Below, piece after piece: positions 36,801-45,683 of a DNA stretch of 64,000 nt. The stretch spans positions 18,020 through 82,019 of the forward strand of contig JAISPZ010000066.1 of NCBI GenBank assembly GCA_031274555.1. Reading direction: 5' to 3'. The notes beneath the pieces are model-generated. The model was not told the DNA's origin. It searched no databases and was given only the letters and a program-made list of their open reading frames with translations. Made by a program: the position numbers and the translations under genes. Origin of the DNA: Bacteroidales bacterium (GTDB lineage Bacteria > Bacteroidota > Bacteroidia > Bacteroidales > P3). Positions within the stretch are counted from its first letter, which is position 1; the number at the start of each line of letters is the position of its first letter.

Positions 36801-37278
36801 AAAAAGCACTTATATCAAGAACAACATTTTCCCAAGGATCGTAATTATCCAAAGGATTATCGTCTGCAACGTAGGATTGTGGACCCCAGACTTTTGTATA
36901 GTTTGACGAAGATTTGATTGAAGAAGTATCCGTATAAATTCGTACGGAAGACAAGCCATGCGACACCGGTATCTGGACGAATGACCAAAAAGAGAGCTTA
37001 ATAGCTGTCGCTGACGGTAATGCTATTTGCGGACTGATGTAAAATCCTTTGTTTATATCCCAACTGAAACCTCCATGTTTTGCACTGTGAGTGCCTGTTT
37101 TGACTTTGGTGGTGTCAATAATCCACTGACTTCCGGGATAATTGTCGTAGTCGTCTTCGACAAATGTCCAGCCTGTTCCTCCTGTTTCAAATCCCTCGGA
37201 AAAAAGAATAGTTTGTTGTGCGCGGAGTGGGGAGGCTACAAACAATAAAGCCATCCCAAAGAAAAATAATCGTTTCAT
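33835..37278 (-). CDS. Large T9SS-secreted surface protein (choice-of-anchor-J-like N-terminus, type-A C-terminal sorting domain)
   Basis: 1147 aa with a signal peptide. LFSEGFETGGTGWTFVEDDYD start. C-terminal VYPNPV...IYDLSGRLV...GGYVIKV, typical of Por secretion tails. Confidence 0.85.
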   Translation of the reverse strand: MKRLFFFGMALLFVASPLRAQQTILFSEGFETGGTGWTFVEDDYDNYPGSQWIIDTTKVKTGTHSAKHGGFSWDINKGFYISPQIALPSATAIKLSFWSFVQIPVSHGLSSVRIYTDTSSIKSSSNYTKVWGPQSYVADDNPLDNYDPWENVVLDISAFSGQNIYVVFLYEKGSTGYAHDWWIDDITVYSLKDNDVGITEIVSPKINVNLGEERVQLRVRNFGTQSISDIPVSCVVDGGAVVTETMQGPIPAQSEAIYTFNSTIDFSAAGTYDIKAFTGLTTDEDRTNDTIIAIARSLGSDTIKSFPFFEGFEDTATVRHFWKEVYHLDSTIARDTIKLPWYFVDGSLTIESRLIPHAHSGNFNACYSDWYVPLNAVFRHRTKLISPMLDLSSLAAPILEFYHATKLWGPGNMDTLKVHYKTSPGGEWHLIYTTMTPVHEWEKMVLALPEKSSTYYIAFEGITNIGASVVLDDVTVHEGDVIDVKVVEITAPQSVNIDLGMSEVSVRVQNLGTEKLWDIPLYFTINGILIASEVMSDTLNSLEEKEYTFTAPGNFVAEDLYALTVFSAMSGDNNTSNDSVTLMVQNRVNKAIMGLFPSVVTCGVDFYDDGVENDYEIGYTIETQQITFYPAQAGKRVSVNFDMINLTPFYLFNSYPIEGDSLIVYDGAEVLESRRITAFSDSMANVTVTSSSADGALTFLFIKQSAAPSPGWHGTVSCVNPPNKDVGIRRIITPVKGGSGSSVVSVEIKNYGCDTVRGLNVFYSFSTGVVSSNRQEYCPDTILPGLSVNYTFGKTCNMGAYRETYSIKVFTQLAGDENLSNDTASRGYFYRPDITLHGYRLWDGISSGYGAVRFNVNDADISVVAESDYQDDNTGVIVAGAVTSENIYTYTMDKAGSHAPMNFVKLDKSWNEISKVEISIIPADMTYDFTENVMYGVMYDNDYQSPLLMEINLDNGDMLQKSLLYSMSCIAVDTLGNMYGMSDNGYFCAIDKRTGNVTPVSHSGIYIASLFQSMTFDYQSNRLFWVSAERGKLFEINPATGEFTDFGPVGSYSEISCLFGSTPLLDVAIEPSNNVFSGISVYPNPVLEGRVFTIVGAATGDKILIYDLSGRLVKAAVGTGADVSLSGLRRGGYVIKVGTRACRIVVN

Positions 37279-37290
37279 ATAATTGTAATT

Positions 37291-37345
37291 TGATTGGTCA
37301 CATAAAAATTGGTTACATAAAAATTGGTTACATAAAAACTTGTCA
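37291..37345. repeat. 15-nt direct repeat (cataaaaattggtta), about 3.5 copies, upstream of the 1147-aa gene
   Basis: Units start at 37301, 37316 and 37331, with a partial unit before. Begins 13 nt upstream of the start codon at 37278. Confidence 0.7.
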
Positions 37346-37392
37346 ATAAACAGTTATCGCACTTGTCCTATTTTGTAAAATATAAATTGTTA

Positions 37393-37426
37393 TAAAAAAT
37401 GTGCCGCCCTGAAAACAAAGCGGCAC
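37393..37426 (-). terminator. Intrinsic terminator downstream of the 1611-aa gene
   Basis: Perfect 7-bp stem GTGCCGC/GCGGCAC with a 12-nt loop. On the minus strand it is followed by ATTTTTTAT. Lies 25 nt after the stop. Confidence 0.65.
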
Positions 37427-37451
37427 ATTTATCAAAAACTTTTCTGAAAGT

Positions 37452-40400
37452 TTATTTCAGTAGTTTAAAGGCTGTCTGACCAACCTTAATCACATAAACG
37501 CCTCTCGGCTCGTTAAAGCGGATAGCCATTTCGGGAGCGTTCATTTTAGCATTGTAAAGCACACGACCGATTGTGTTAGTAACCATAACCATATCACCAG
37601 TATTAGCACCAGAGATATAGAGTATATCATTGTTGATATACGCCTTAACCTGATTCTTGGACACAGTCGCAGAAATACCTACCCCTTCGGTATAGTTTAC
37701 TTCAAGGCGAACAACGACAGGCTCAGAAAGGCCGCCGTTAGTAATTACCAAAGAGTCGTTATACACATTGCGTACAGTTTGGTTAAACTCTACGTTAATA
37801 ACAACTGTTTGCCCACCTGATAACTCGGCAGGAGTAATCGTTGTTTTAGCGCAGGTAAAGCCGTTTCCACCACCGAGAGCAACAGTCGCATCGCTTAGCA
37901 AAACACCTGTAACTTCGACAGGAATAGTGATTGGAACTTCGGTTGTATCAATGTGGATATTGGTATTAACGTCCAAATAAGGTTTGATAGGTGTTACCCG
38001 GAGATTCTTAATCAGAGCTGGGTCATTATCAGAATAGTAATAATCCCACACCGTTGTACCCAAAAAACGAACTTGTGTCGCATTAGCATTATTGATCTTT
38101 ATAGCATAATGATAAAGTGTGTACGACAATTCATTGATAACAGTATCTATCGAAATCCAGTCATTTCCATCTTCTGTAATCTGCAAGATAAATCCTGTTC
38201 TATCATAAGGAGCTTGATGATCTAATGTAACACTGTCCACGCCTGATAACTTTACAGGAGAAGTTAAAACTCCATTTGGTCTCCCATTTGGTAGATACGG
38301 TTGGAAATTTGCCATATCAGGATTTCTCGTATTGCAAGCCAAACCGATGAAACCATCCTGATAATTAACGTGCTGCAAATCCCAGCCTCTTTTTATAATA
38401 GCACTATCAATCATCGCTTGTCCTATCGAAGAAAAATTACTGAAATCTTCTTCAATAATATCGGAGTATGTATAGCCATGTAAAGCATAACTTCCCGAAA
38501 GACCAAGTCCTGTAACTTGCAGCGTTGCATCAACAGGAATACCCGAAGTAAATGTGGCAGTTATGGTCTGCTTGACACTGTTGCCGACAACGACAAAACT
38601 ATTCACATCAAGAGAAATCTGACCATTAGCATTGAGCAAAGTACATTTAAGAGTGTTTCCGTCAAAATTTTCTGCAAACACTTTCACAGTAAGTTGCGCT
38701 GTTTCGCCCTCAAAAGTATAAACTATTTCGTCTGTATAAGGATCTTCTGTTTCGCTTAAAAGTGAGAACTTTGGAATACCCTTACCATTAGGGGTAATAT
38801 AAACGTCATCAATGAAAAGAGGATTATAGTCAAGCGGAAGATTTTTAAATTCCACATATTTGCCTGTTTCACTGTTAATCACAACTTCACTATAAATATA
38901 ATTACTGGGAACGGTTTCAATATCAATTGTATCAGTATAAACAGGAGTGTTATCCAAAGTGTCATATACATTAATCACATATTTTACTGCACCATAATAG
39001 TTTTTGTAATAGAACGATACAATACCCACGCCACCCGACTTGGGTATGGATAATAACCGACTGCTGCTGCTGGCAGCTATACTTGCTGCCGCACCGCTAC
39101 GTCCACCCCATTCGCTTCCACCCGTGCAAAACCATCCCTTAAAGTCGTAAGTCCAGTCTGTCATGTTAGAAACATAAGTGTTAAAATCCTGCGAAATATA
39201 ATCTTGTAAGGAAATACCCACAATATTGATATTCTGGGTAGATATTTCTGAACTTGAAAGTGTTATAACCGCTTCGCAGTATGGATCTTCTGCTACAGCA
39301 GGATCAAACGAAACAGGAATATCGTAAGTTACATCATTAAGAGCAGCAGCAGTAATTGTCTGTACAGTAGAAGAAAAATCTGCTCCACTTACCGCCACAT
39401 TTACATCACCTGTAAGACCATGCCCTTTGATTTGCAATATTTTTTCTTGTGGCGCACCTGTCAAAGCCTCAAAAACAGACGGAACCGATACTATTCTCAT
39501 TGACGGAATTAAGCTATCGCTATTCACAATACTTATATCGTCCAATTGACAAGACATATTTTTACCTGTAACAAATCTCACATACTCGGCAGTAGCATCA
39601 CCAATAACCAAATTTATTTCTTCAAAAAGACCATTTCCTGCAAGTTTGCTACTATCTTTTGTAATCCAAGTTTCTCCATCTACAGAAGTTTGCAGAAAAA
39701 TATATCCTGCAAGAGAACTCGATGCATAAAGTTTCACATCTCCAACACCATTTGCTAACGGAGGTGTTGTAAGTGAACCGGGGGGGTCAAGTGTCAAAAA
39801 TGCTACACTCCCTGGCTTCTGTGTCATCCAGTCATTACGGGTTCCATTTATAACTGCCCAACCATCATTAGTTGTAGTGTTTGAGTTGCTAATCAAAGAT
39901 CCTGGCCATTCTTCGTCAAAATCAATAAAGACGTTGTCTTGAAGAATAAGAGCAGAAACAATTACCTGATAATCTGCTGAAATATCGCCACTCGAAACAA
40001 CAATTGTGTCACTTGTATTAGCAGTTGTCGTAATTGTTAAAGGAAGAACGAAATCTAAATCGTTAATATCTGCAATATTAATCACTGTGTCGGTCTTACC
40101 GTTAATTTTAAACTCGTTGCCCGATTTTAACGAAACAGTAGGATTAGCTGTAAAACCATGTCCTCTTAACGTAAGGGTTACTTGAGCGGGAACTCCCGAA
40201 GTAACTCCATACTTTGTGCTTCCACTCGCATTAACAGTTGCCATCAAATCTCCATAAGTTGTAATAGTGATACTGTCAATAAAAGCATTGCCATAATCTC
40301 CATCTACACGCCTTATTTTCACCCATTTGGCTGTTTGGCTCTGCACTACAACGATACGCTCAACGTAAGGCTGCTGTTTCTCAATACTCAAAGATTTTGC

Positions 40401-42287
40401 TTCTGCCCATGTGATACCGTCTTCGGAAGTATCAATTACCAAAGTCACTGATGTCCAACCTGACTCAACATAGAAACGAACATCACCAACGCCATTACTG
40501 AACGGACAGGAGGTGACTGCTCCGCCCAACGCGCCATTCATATTAACAGCAGCACCTGTTGCACCCATTTTATTGTATATATCCCGCTGTCCGCCTTCGA
40601 TTTTCCATCCATTAGAAGTATAACTTGCTTTCACGGCACTACCCGAACCTGCCCAATCAGTATCAAAATCTTCGGTAGCTTCCGTTACTTCTTCATATAC
40701 CATAACGGAAATAACCTTTGCGATAGAAAGACCGCCACCCGAAAGGGTAAGATTATTTATCATAAAGTTTTTATCTTCCACTTTGGGAGTATATGTAACA
40801 TCTAAATTATAAGTGCCTGTTGCATTTGCTTGCGGTATCGGTGTCGTTGCTACAAATTGAGTGCTGTCAAAAGCTACTGATACATCGCCACTGATACCTG
40901 TAAAGTTAAGGGGCACTTGAAAGCTATGCGACGGTGTGCCAGAATAACTCGTAACCACATCTTCGGCTAAAACATCTGCAAGTCCTATTCCCATTGGGGT
41001 AATCCGGAAATTGTCAATGTAAAGTTGCTTATTACCCTCTGAAACATATACTTTTACGTATTTGGCATTAACGCTATCTACCTTAACAACAAATTCTTGA
41101 TAGTCATCGGTAGAAGCTGCTACCGTCCCTACTATTGTCCAATTTTCCCTATCGTCAGAAACATACACCGTAAACCCTGAATAATCATAACCGCGGTTGC
41201 GATACATAAATGAAATCATGCCGACACCGCCGAATTTTTTTGGGGAAATCAATGTTTGAGATACACTTGCTGAACTCTCTCCCTCAAAAGGTTCATTGGC
41301 AGAAATACCTCCGTCTGTGAATTGCCATCCGTTATAATAAAAAGATCCATATGGGAAATAGTTTGTTTCATCAAAAGTTTCCCCAACGTTATCGGTAATT
41401 CCTATGCCACTAATTGGAAAATATAATTCAGGATAGCCTGCACCACTTAATTTAATATGTTCGTTATTATTGTATTTCGTAGGATTAAAGACAACATTGA
41501 TAGTAGCTGTGTCTGTGGCATTTGCATTAAAATCAAAAGTTGCTTCTGTTGCAGAAAATGCAGTACCAGCTACGGAAACATCTAACGTTCCAAGCGTATG
41601 GTCATTATATAGCAACATGGCTGCAATGTTACTGACAGGCGTACCTACATTAGTTTCTAAATCAGACCACGCTTTTAATTCTCCGTTATCCTTATAAACA
41701 GGAAGAATATCGAATTTTGGATTTTCTACAGCAGTTTTGCCGTAGTCTGTTACAGAAAACTCGTCCAAATAAAAAGCTCTGTCCTTATAATCAGCCATAT
41801 AATCCACCCAAAGGCGAACATATTTTGCATTTACGTCATTAATAGTGCGTGAATACATTTGATACGGGTCACTCTCTAAGTAACCACCTGTTTTTGCATT
41901 CATCGGGACACTGTCCACCGAAACCCAATCATTGCCGTCCGCAGAAGTCTGTACCATTATCTTAAAATCTATTGCATACTGTCCAAACCAAGGAACAACT
42001 TTATAGAAGAAAGATACCCACCCCACACCTCCTGTTTTTTCGGGAGTTTGGATATACGCACCTTCGCCAAATGTCGTGGAATACCAATAAGAATACGCAG
42101 CGTGCGTACCATAATAGACGGGACTTGTGACAACATTCATGTTTACATACGTCCAGCCGTCAACGGTATCAACAACTGAGCTACGATTAGTGTTAAAAGC
42201 AGAACTAAAATGCTGTTGCAGCACCTCTGCTTGCGCGACTGTTACAGACAGTAACAGTGCTAAAATAACTAAGTAAAGTTTTTTCAT
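37452..42287 (-). CDS. Giant T9SS-secreted surface protein (repeated beta-sandwich modules, type-A C-terminal sorting domain)
   Basis: 1611 aa with a signal peptide. Recurrent about 150-aa modules contain GGVG(M/W/I)(I/V)SF(M/F/Y)Y and ...AKYV(K/R/E)(V/L/F) motifs. C-terminal ...GDMVMVTNTIGRVLY...GVYVIKVG. Confidence 0.85.
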   Translation of the reverse strand: MKKLYLVILALLLSVTVAQAEVLQQHFSSAFNTNRSSVVDTVDGWTYVNMNVVTSPVYYGTHAAYSYWYSTTFGEGAYIQTPEKTGGVGWVSFFYKVVPWFGQYAIDFKIMVQTSADGNDWVSVDSVPMNAKTGGYLESDPYQMYSRTINDVNAKYVRLWVDYMADYKDRAFYLDEFSVTDYGKTAVENPKFDILPVYKDNGELKAWSDLETNVGTPVSNIAAMLLYNDHTLGTLDVSVAGTAFSATEATFDFNANATDTATINVVFNPTKYNNNEHIKLSGAGYPELYFPISGIGITDNVGETFDETNYFPYGSFYYNGWQFTDGGISANEPFEGESSASVSQTLISPKKFGGVGMISFMYRNRGYDYSGFTVYVSDDRENWTIVGTVAASTDDYQEFVVKVDSVNAKYVKVYVSEGNKQLYIDNFRITPMGIGLADVLAEDVVTSYSGTPSHSFQVPLNFTGISGDVSVAFDSTQFVATTPIPQANATGTYNLDVTYTPKVEDKNFMINNLTLSGGGLSIAKVISVMVYEEVTEATEDFDTDWAGSGSAVKASYTSNGWKIEGGQRDIYNKMGATGAAVNMNGALGGAVTSCPFSNGVGDVRFYVESGWTSVTLVIDTSEDGITWAEAKSLSIEKQQPYVERIVVVQSQTAKWVKIRRVDGDYGNAFIDSITITTYGDLMATVNASGSTKYGVTSGVPAQVTLTLRGHGFTANPTVSLKSGNEFKINGKTDTVINIADINDLDFVLPLTITTTANTSDTIVVSSGDISADYQVIVSALILQDNVFIDFDEEWPGSLISNSNTTTNDGWAVINGTRNDWMTQKPGSVAFLTLDPPGSLTTPPLANGVGDVKLYASSSLAGYIFLQTSVDGETWITKDSSKLAGNGLFEEINLVIGDATAEYVRFVTGKNMSCQLDDISIVNSDSLIPSMRIVSVPSVFEALTGAPQEKILQIKGHGLTGDVNVAVSGADFSSTVQTITAAALNDVTYDIPVSFDPAVAEDPYCEAVITLSSSEISTQNINIVGISLQDYISQDFNTYVSNMTDWTYDFKGWFCTGGSEWGGRSGAAASIAASSSSRLLSIPKSGGVGIVSFYYKNYYGAVKYVINVYDTLDNTPVYTDTIDIETVPSNYIYSEVVINSETGKYVEFKNLPLDYNPLFIDDVYITPNGKGIPKFSLLSETEDPYTDEIVYTFEGETAQLTVKVFAENFDGNTLKCTLLNANGQISLDVNSFVVVGNSVKQTITATFTSGIPVDATLQVTGLGLSGSYALHGYTYSDIIEEDFSNFSSIGQAMIDSAIIKRGWDLQHVNYQDGFIGLACNTRNPDMANFQPYLPNGRPNGVLTSPVKLSGVDSVTLDHQAPYDRTGFILQITEDGNDWISIDTVINELSYTLYHYAIKINNANATQVRFLGTTVWDYYYSDNDPALIKNLRVTPIKPYLDVNTNIHIDTTEVPITIPVEVTGVLLSDATVALGGGNGFTCAKTTITPAELSGGQTVVINVEFNQTVRNVYNDSLVITNGGLSEPVVVRLEVNYTEGVGISATVSKNQVKAYINNDILYISGANTGDMVMVTNTIGRVLYNAKMNAPEMAIRFNEPRGVYVIKVGQTAFKLLK

Positions 42288-42539
42288 AAGTTTATAAATT
42301 TGTTTTTAATAAGTTGTACAAAACTCGCCAACAGACATTTAATCTAAATTTCAAATATTTGCCATACGCGTTTCATAAGACTTGTTTTTGGTTTATATTA
42401 ATTTTAGTGTAATAGCAAAGATGTACGACTTCGCGTTGAAGTCGCAAATAGCTTGGGTATCCATAAATAATTTTGAAATTGTGGGGACCGTGAAGAAATT
42501 TTCGGGAAACTCTGGAAATGGGAAGTGGAACTATGGAAG

Positions 42540-42582
<43 letters not shown>

Positions 42583-42811
42583 AACCATGCGGGTTTCAGA
42601 AGACTGACATCCACAAGCACCTGCCATAAGCGGGCTTGCGGTTAATGTCGGAAACTCAAAGGATAGGTTGTAGTACGGCATTAGTGTATTTTCAATTCGC
42701 GAAGTTACAAATAATTAACGAAATTTTAGCATGGCGCGAACTTTCAACTCACGAATTTACGCAAAATTTTTCAATTTACGCACAAGCGAGACAAAAATGC
42801 GCTGACTTTGT

Positions 42812-42956
42812 CAGGGCAAACGCATTTAAAATATTTCACGCATATAATATTCTGATAATCAAATATAGGCTTTTGCTATTTTTGCAAAAATTGACAACAT
42901 TCGGTTTTACAAAACACTGTATGTCTGTCAGATAATTTTATAATGCGTTTGCCCTG
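42812..42956. repeat. 145-bp unit bounded by 21-nt inverted repeats (cagggcaaacgcattWWaaat)
   Basis: cagggcaaacgcatttaaaat (42812-42832) and attttataatgcgtttgccctg (42935-42956) are reverse complements apart from a swapped central AT/TA pair. The same motif recurs at 56414-56433 and 58441-58458. Confidence 0.7.
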
Positions 42957-42989
42957 TGGAACACCCTACGAATTTCGTTTCTTTTATCG

Positions 42990-42997
42990 TACCTTTG
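42990..42997 (+). promoter_or_regulatory. -7 promoter box TACCTTTG upstream of mgsA
   Basis: Exact TAnnTTTG match, 23 nt upstream of the ATG at 43020. Confidence 0.55.
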
Positions 42998-43019
42998 TAA
43001 TGTATTAAATTTTGACGAT

Positions 43020-43478
43020 ATGCAAGTGAAAAGAATTGGACTCGTAGCCCACGATGGGCAAAAAAAGAACCTTAGAGAATGGGTGGAATGGAACAGAGAA
43101 ATCCTTGTTAAATACGACCTTGTTTGCACCGGTACGACAGGCAAAATCATAAAGGAAGCACTTTCAAAATGTGTAGAAAAAAATTATTTTGACAATCATT
43201 TTACGATACTGAAATCAGGACCGCTCGGTGGCGACCAGCAACTTGGCGCAATGATAGTCAATGGCGATATTCAGATGCTTATTTTCTTTTGGGACCCTAT
43301 GGAATCGCAGCCTCATGATGTGGATGTGAAAGCACTTTTGAGAATAACAACGATGTATAACGTCCCTGCGGCGTGCAACCGCGCCACCGCTGATTTTCTT
43401 ATTTCATCCCCACTGTTGGACGAGGAGTATGAGTGCACTCAGCAAGATTTTTCGTCATATACAAACAGAAAGATATAA
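43020..43478 (+). CDS. mgsA: Methylglyoxal synthase
   Basis: 152 aa. VAHDGQKK, CTGTTG, SGPLGGDQQLGA, FFWDP...PHDVDVKALLR. Confidence 0.93.
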   Translation: MQVKRIGLVAHDGQKKNLREWVEWNREILVKYDLVCTGTTGKIIKEALSKCVEKNYFDNHFTILKSGPLGGDQQLGAMIVNGDIQMLIFFWDPMESQPHDVDVKALLRITTMYNVPAACNRATADFLISSPLLDEEYECTQQDFSSYTNRKI

Positions 43479-43582
43479 TGAAAATCCCGCAGCTCGCCCG
43501 CCAGACAGCCATCTCATATACAAACAGAAAGATATAGCGTGAACTAATGAAAATCCCGCAGCTCGCCCGCCAGACAGCCATC
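43455..43582 (+). repeat. 59-bp tandem duplication spanning the mgsA stop and the flippase start
   Basis: 43455-43513 is repeated at 43514-43582 with a 10-nt insertion (gcgtgaacta). Each copy contains tcatatacaaacagaaagatata plus atgaaaatcccgcagctcgcccgccagacagccatc. Confidence 0.9.
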
Positions 43583-44947
43583 TACGGCATCCCATCAATT
43601 GTGGGACGACTGCTTAATTTTCTGCTTGTCCCGCTCTACACCTACGTCTTTCTCCCTCAAGAATATGGTATAGTCACCGAACTTTACGCCTACACAGCCT
43701 TTCTGCTCGTAGTTCTTACCTACGGCATGGAAACGACTTTTTTCCGCTTTATGCAGAAAGCCGATACTAACAGGGTATATAGCACCGGTGTATGGAGTTT
43801 GCTCGGCACGTCCCTATTATTTCTGACAGCGATATTGTTGCTTAGAAAGCCGATAGCTTCGTTTCTAAGCTATCCACACGCAGACGAATTTATAATATGG
43901 TTCGCCCTTATTCTTTTTGCGGACGTGATGGCATCGCTACCGTTTTGTCTGTTAAGACAGGAGAACAGGGCAGGACGATTTGCGTTACTGCGCACAATAA
44001 ACATATCTATCAATATCGGGCTTAACCTGCTGTTTATCCTTGTGTTGCCGATAAAGCCCGATGTCAAATATATTTTCCTATCCAACCTTATAGCGAGTGG
44101 CGTAACGCTGCTGCTTATGACACCCGAACTAAGGCGACTGAAATTCATTTTTGACAAGCGTCTTTGGCGTGACATGATGATTTACACCTTGCCTGTAATG
44201 GTTTGGGGGCTGGCTGGCATTATAGACAGCACGTTCGACAAGGTACTTTTTCGTTGGCTTATCCCCGACGAACAAAGTGCCATGCATCAACTTGGAGTTT
44301 ACGGTGCGTGCGCCAAACTTGCCGTAATTATGAACTTATGCGTACAGGCATTTCGCTACGCGGCAGAGCCATATTTCTTTAAGAAATCGCAAGAAAAGGA
44401 CGCAAAGCAAACGTACGCCCGCGTAATGGATTATTTTGTGATGATTTGCTGTCTAATCTTTCTCGGCTGTTCGCTCTTTCTGAATGAGTTAATGATGCTT
44501 GTTGGTCGTTCATATCGCGAGGGAGCATACGTAGTGCCGGTACTTCTAATGGCAAACCTCTTTCTCGGCATTTTTTATAACCTTTCGATATGGTACAAAG
44601 TCACAGATAAAACCCGCGTAGGCGCGATAATAGCCATTGTCGGCTCGGCACTTTCCATCGGGCTAAACGTACTGCTTATCCCCATTTTCGGCTATTACGG
44701 CGCGGCATGGGCAGCACTCGCCTGTTATATGACAATCACGATAATCTCATATTTGACAGGTCAAAAGCACTACCCTGTAAAATATCCACTTGGAAGAATA
44801 TTCTTCTTTCTGGGACTCGCAGTGGCACTATACACTGTCAAAACCCTGCTACCAATAGAAAGCATATTGCTCTCGTCCGCACTTTTTGCGATTTACGCAG
44901 GCGTAGTCATATGGAAAATTTTCAGGAACTGTCTCGTCCTGAAATAG
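43547..44947 (+). CDS. Polysaccharide/oligosaccharide flippase (MOP/Wzx-type)
   Basis: 466 aa, about 12-14 TM helices, N-terminal QTAIYGIPSIVGRLLNFLLVPLYT, typical of this family. Confidence 0.8.
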   Translation: MKIPQLARQTAIYGIPSIVGRLLNFLLVPLYTYVFLPQEYGIVTELYAYTAFLLVVLTYGMETTFFRFMQKADTNRVYSTGVWSLLGTSLLFLTAILLLRKPIASFLSYPHADEFIIWFALILFADVMASLPFCLLRQENRAGRFALLRTINISINIGLNLLFILVLPIKPDVKYIFLSNLIASGVTLLLMTPELRRLKFIFDKRLWRDMMIYTLPVMVWGLAGIIDSTFDKVLFRWLIPDEQSAMHQLGVYGACAKLAVIMNLCVQAFRYAAEPYFFKKSQEKDAKQTYARVMDYFVMICCLIFLGCSLFLNELMMLVGRSYREGAYVVPVLLMANLFLGIFYNLSIWYKVTDKTRVGAIIAIVGSALSIGLNVLLIPIFGYYGAAWAALACYMTITIISYLTGQKHYPVKYPLGRIFFFLGLAVALYTVKTLLPIESILLSSALFAIYAGVVIWKIFRNCLVLK

Positions 44948-45003
44948 GTTTACACAAAAGGTATAAAGAATGAATACAAAAAATCGACCTATTTGTGAGT
45001 TAA

Positions 45004-45367
45004 ATTCGGTGAAAAAAGCGTTAATCCCACCATCTTCTTTCAGCGATTTAGAGAAGCATAAAATCATTAGGAGTTTCTCTCAAGCGATGTGAGCAAAGCG
45101 GCCATTTGGCTGAAGTACACAGGTATCACAAATATCCAAATTTAATAAAGAATTATGTTCCGTTAGAGCCAAACAAATTATGGGTAAGTAACATAACTTA
45201 TTGGCAAATAAAGAGTGGATATGTTTACATCAATTTTGTAACTGATGCCTGTTCTCATAAAATCGTAGGTTTTCATGTTTAGAGAGCGTAGAAACAATCA
45301 TGGCTCTAAAACAAGCCCTGTCTGACAAAAAAAGCATATATAACGACCTTATCCATCATTCTAATCG
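45004..45367 (+). pseudogene. IS3-family transposase (orfB / DDE integrase core) remnant
   Basis: Hand translation gives ...YVPLEPNKLWVSNITYWQIKSGYVYINFVTDACSHKIVGFHV*, then a +1 shift to ESVETIMALKQALSDKKSIYNDLIHHSNR (the IS3 rve-domain pattern PNxxWxxDITY...D..SRKIVG...HSDRG). It has an in-frame stop and a frameshift, and is truncated by the heptamer array. No N-terminal HTH or orfA is present. Confidence 0.7.
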
Positions 45368-45677
45368 AATTCGTAATTCGTAATTGATTGTTGGTGTCCG
45401 TTTAATTCGTAATTCGTAATTCGTAATTCGTAATTCGTAATTGATTGTTGGTGTCTGTTTAATTCGTAATTCGTAATTCGTAATTCGTAATTCGTAATTC
45501 GTAATTCGTAATTCGTAATTCGTAATTCGTAATTCGTAATTGATTGTTGGTGTCCGTTTAATTCGTAATTCGTAATTCGTAATTGATTGTTGGTGTCCGT
45601 TTAATTCGTAATTCGTAATTCGTAATTGATTGTTGATGTCCGTTTAATTCGTAATTCGTAATTCGTAATTCGTAATT
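45365..45677. repeat. Higher-order (AATTCGT)n heptamer array
   Basis: Six heptamer runs (2, 5, 11, 3, 3 and 4 copies) separated by five copies of the conserved spacer aattgattgttggtgtccgttt. Ends 6 nt from the stop of the ABC-2 permease gene. Confidence 0.95.
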
Positions 45678-45683
45678 GACACT

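Noticed and set aside
42812-42956. Integron attC-like recombination site
   Set aside because: No R''/R' core sites of the GTTRRRY type, no extrahelical-base pattern, and no integron integrase in the window.
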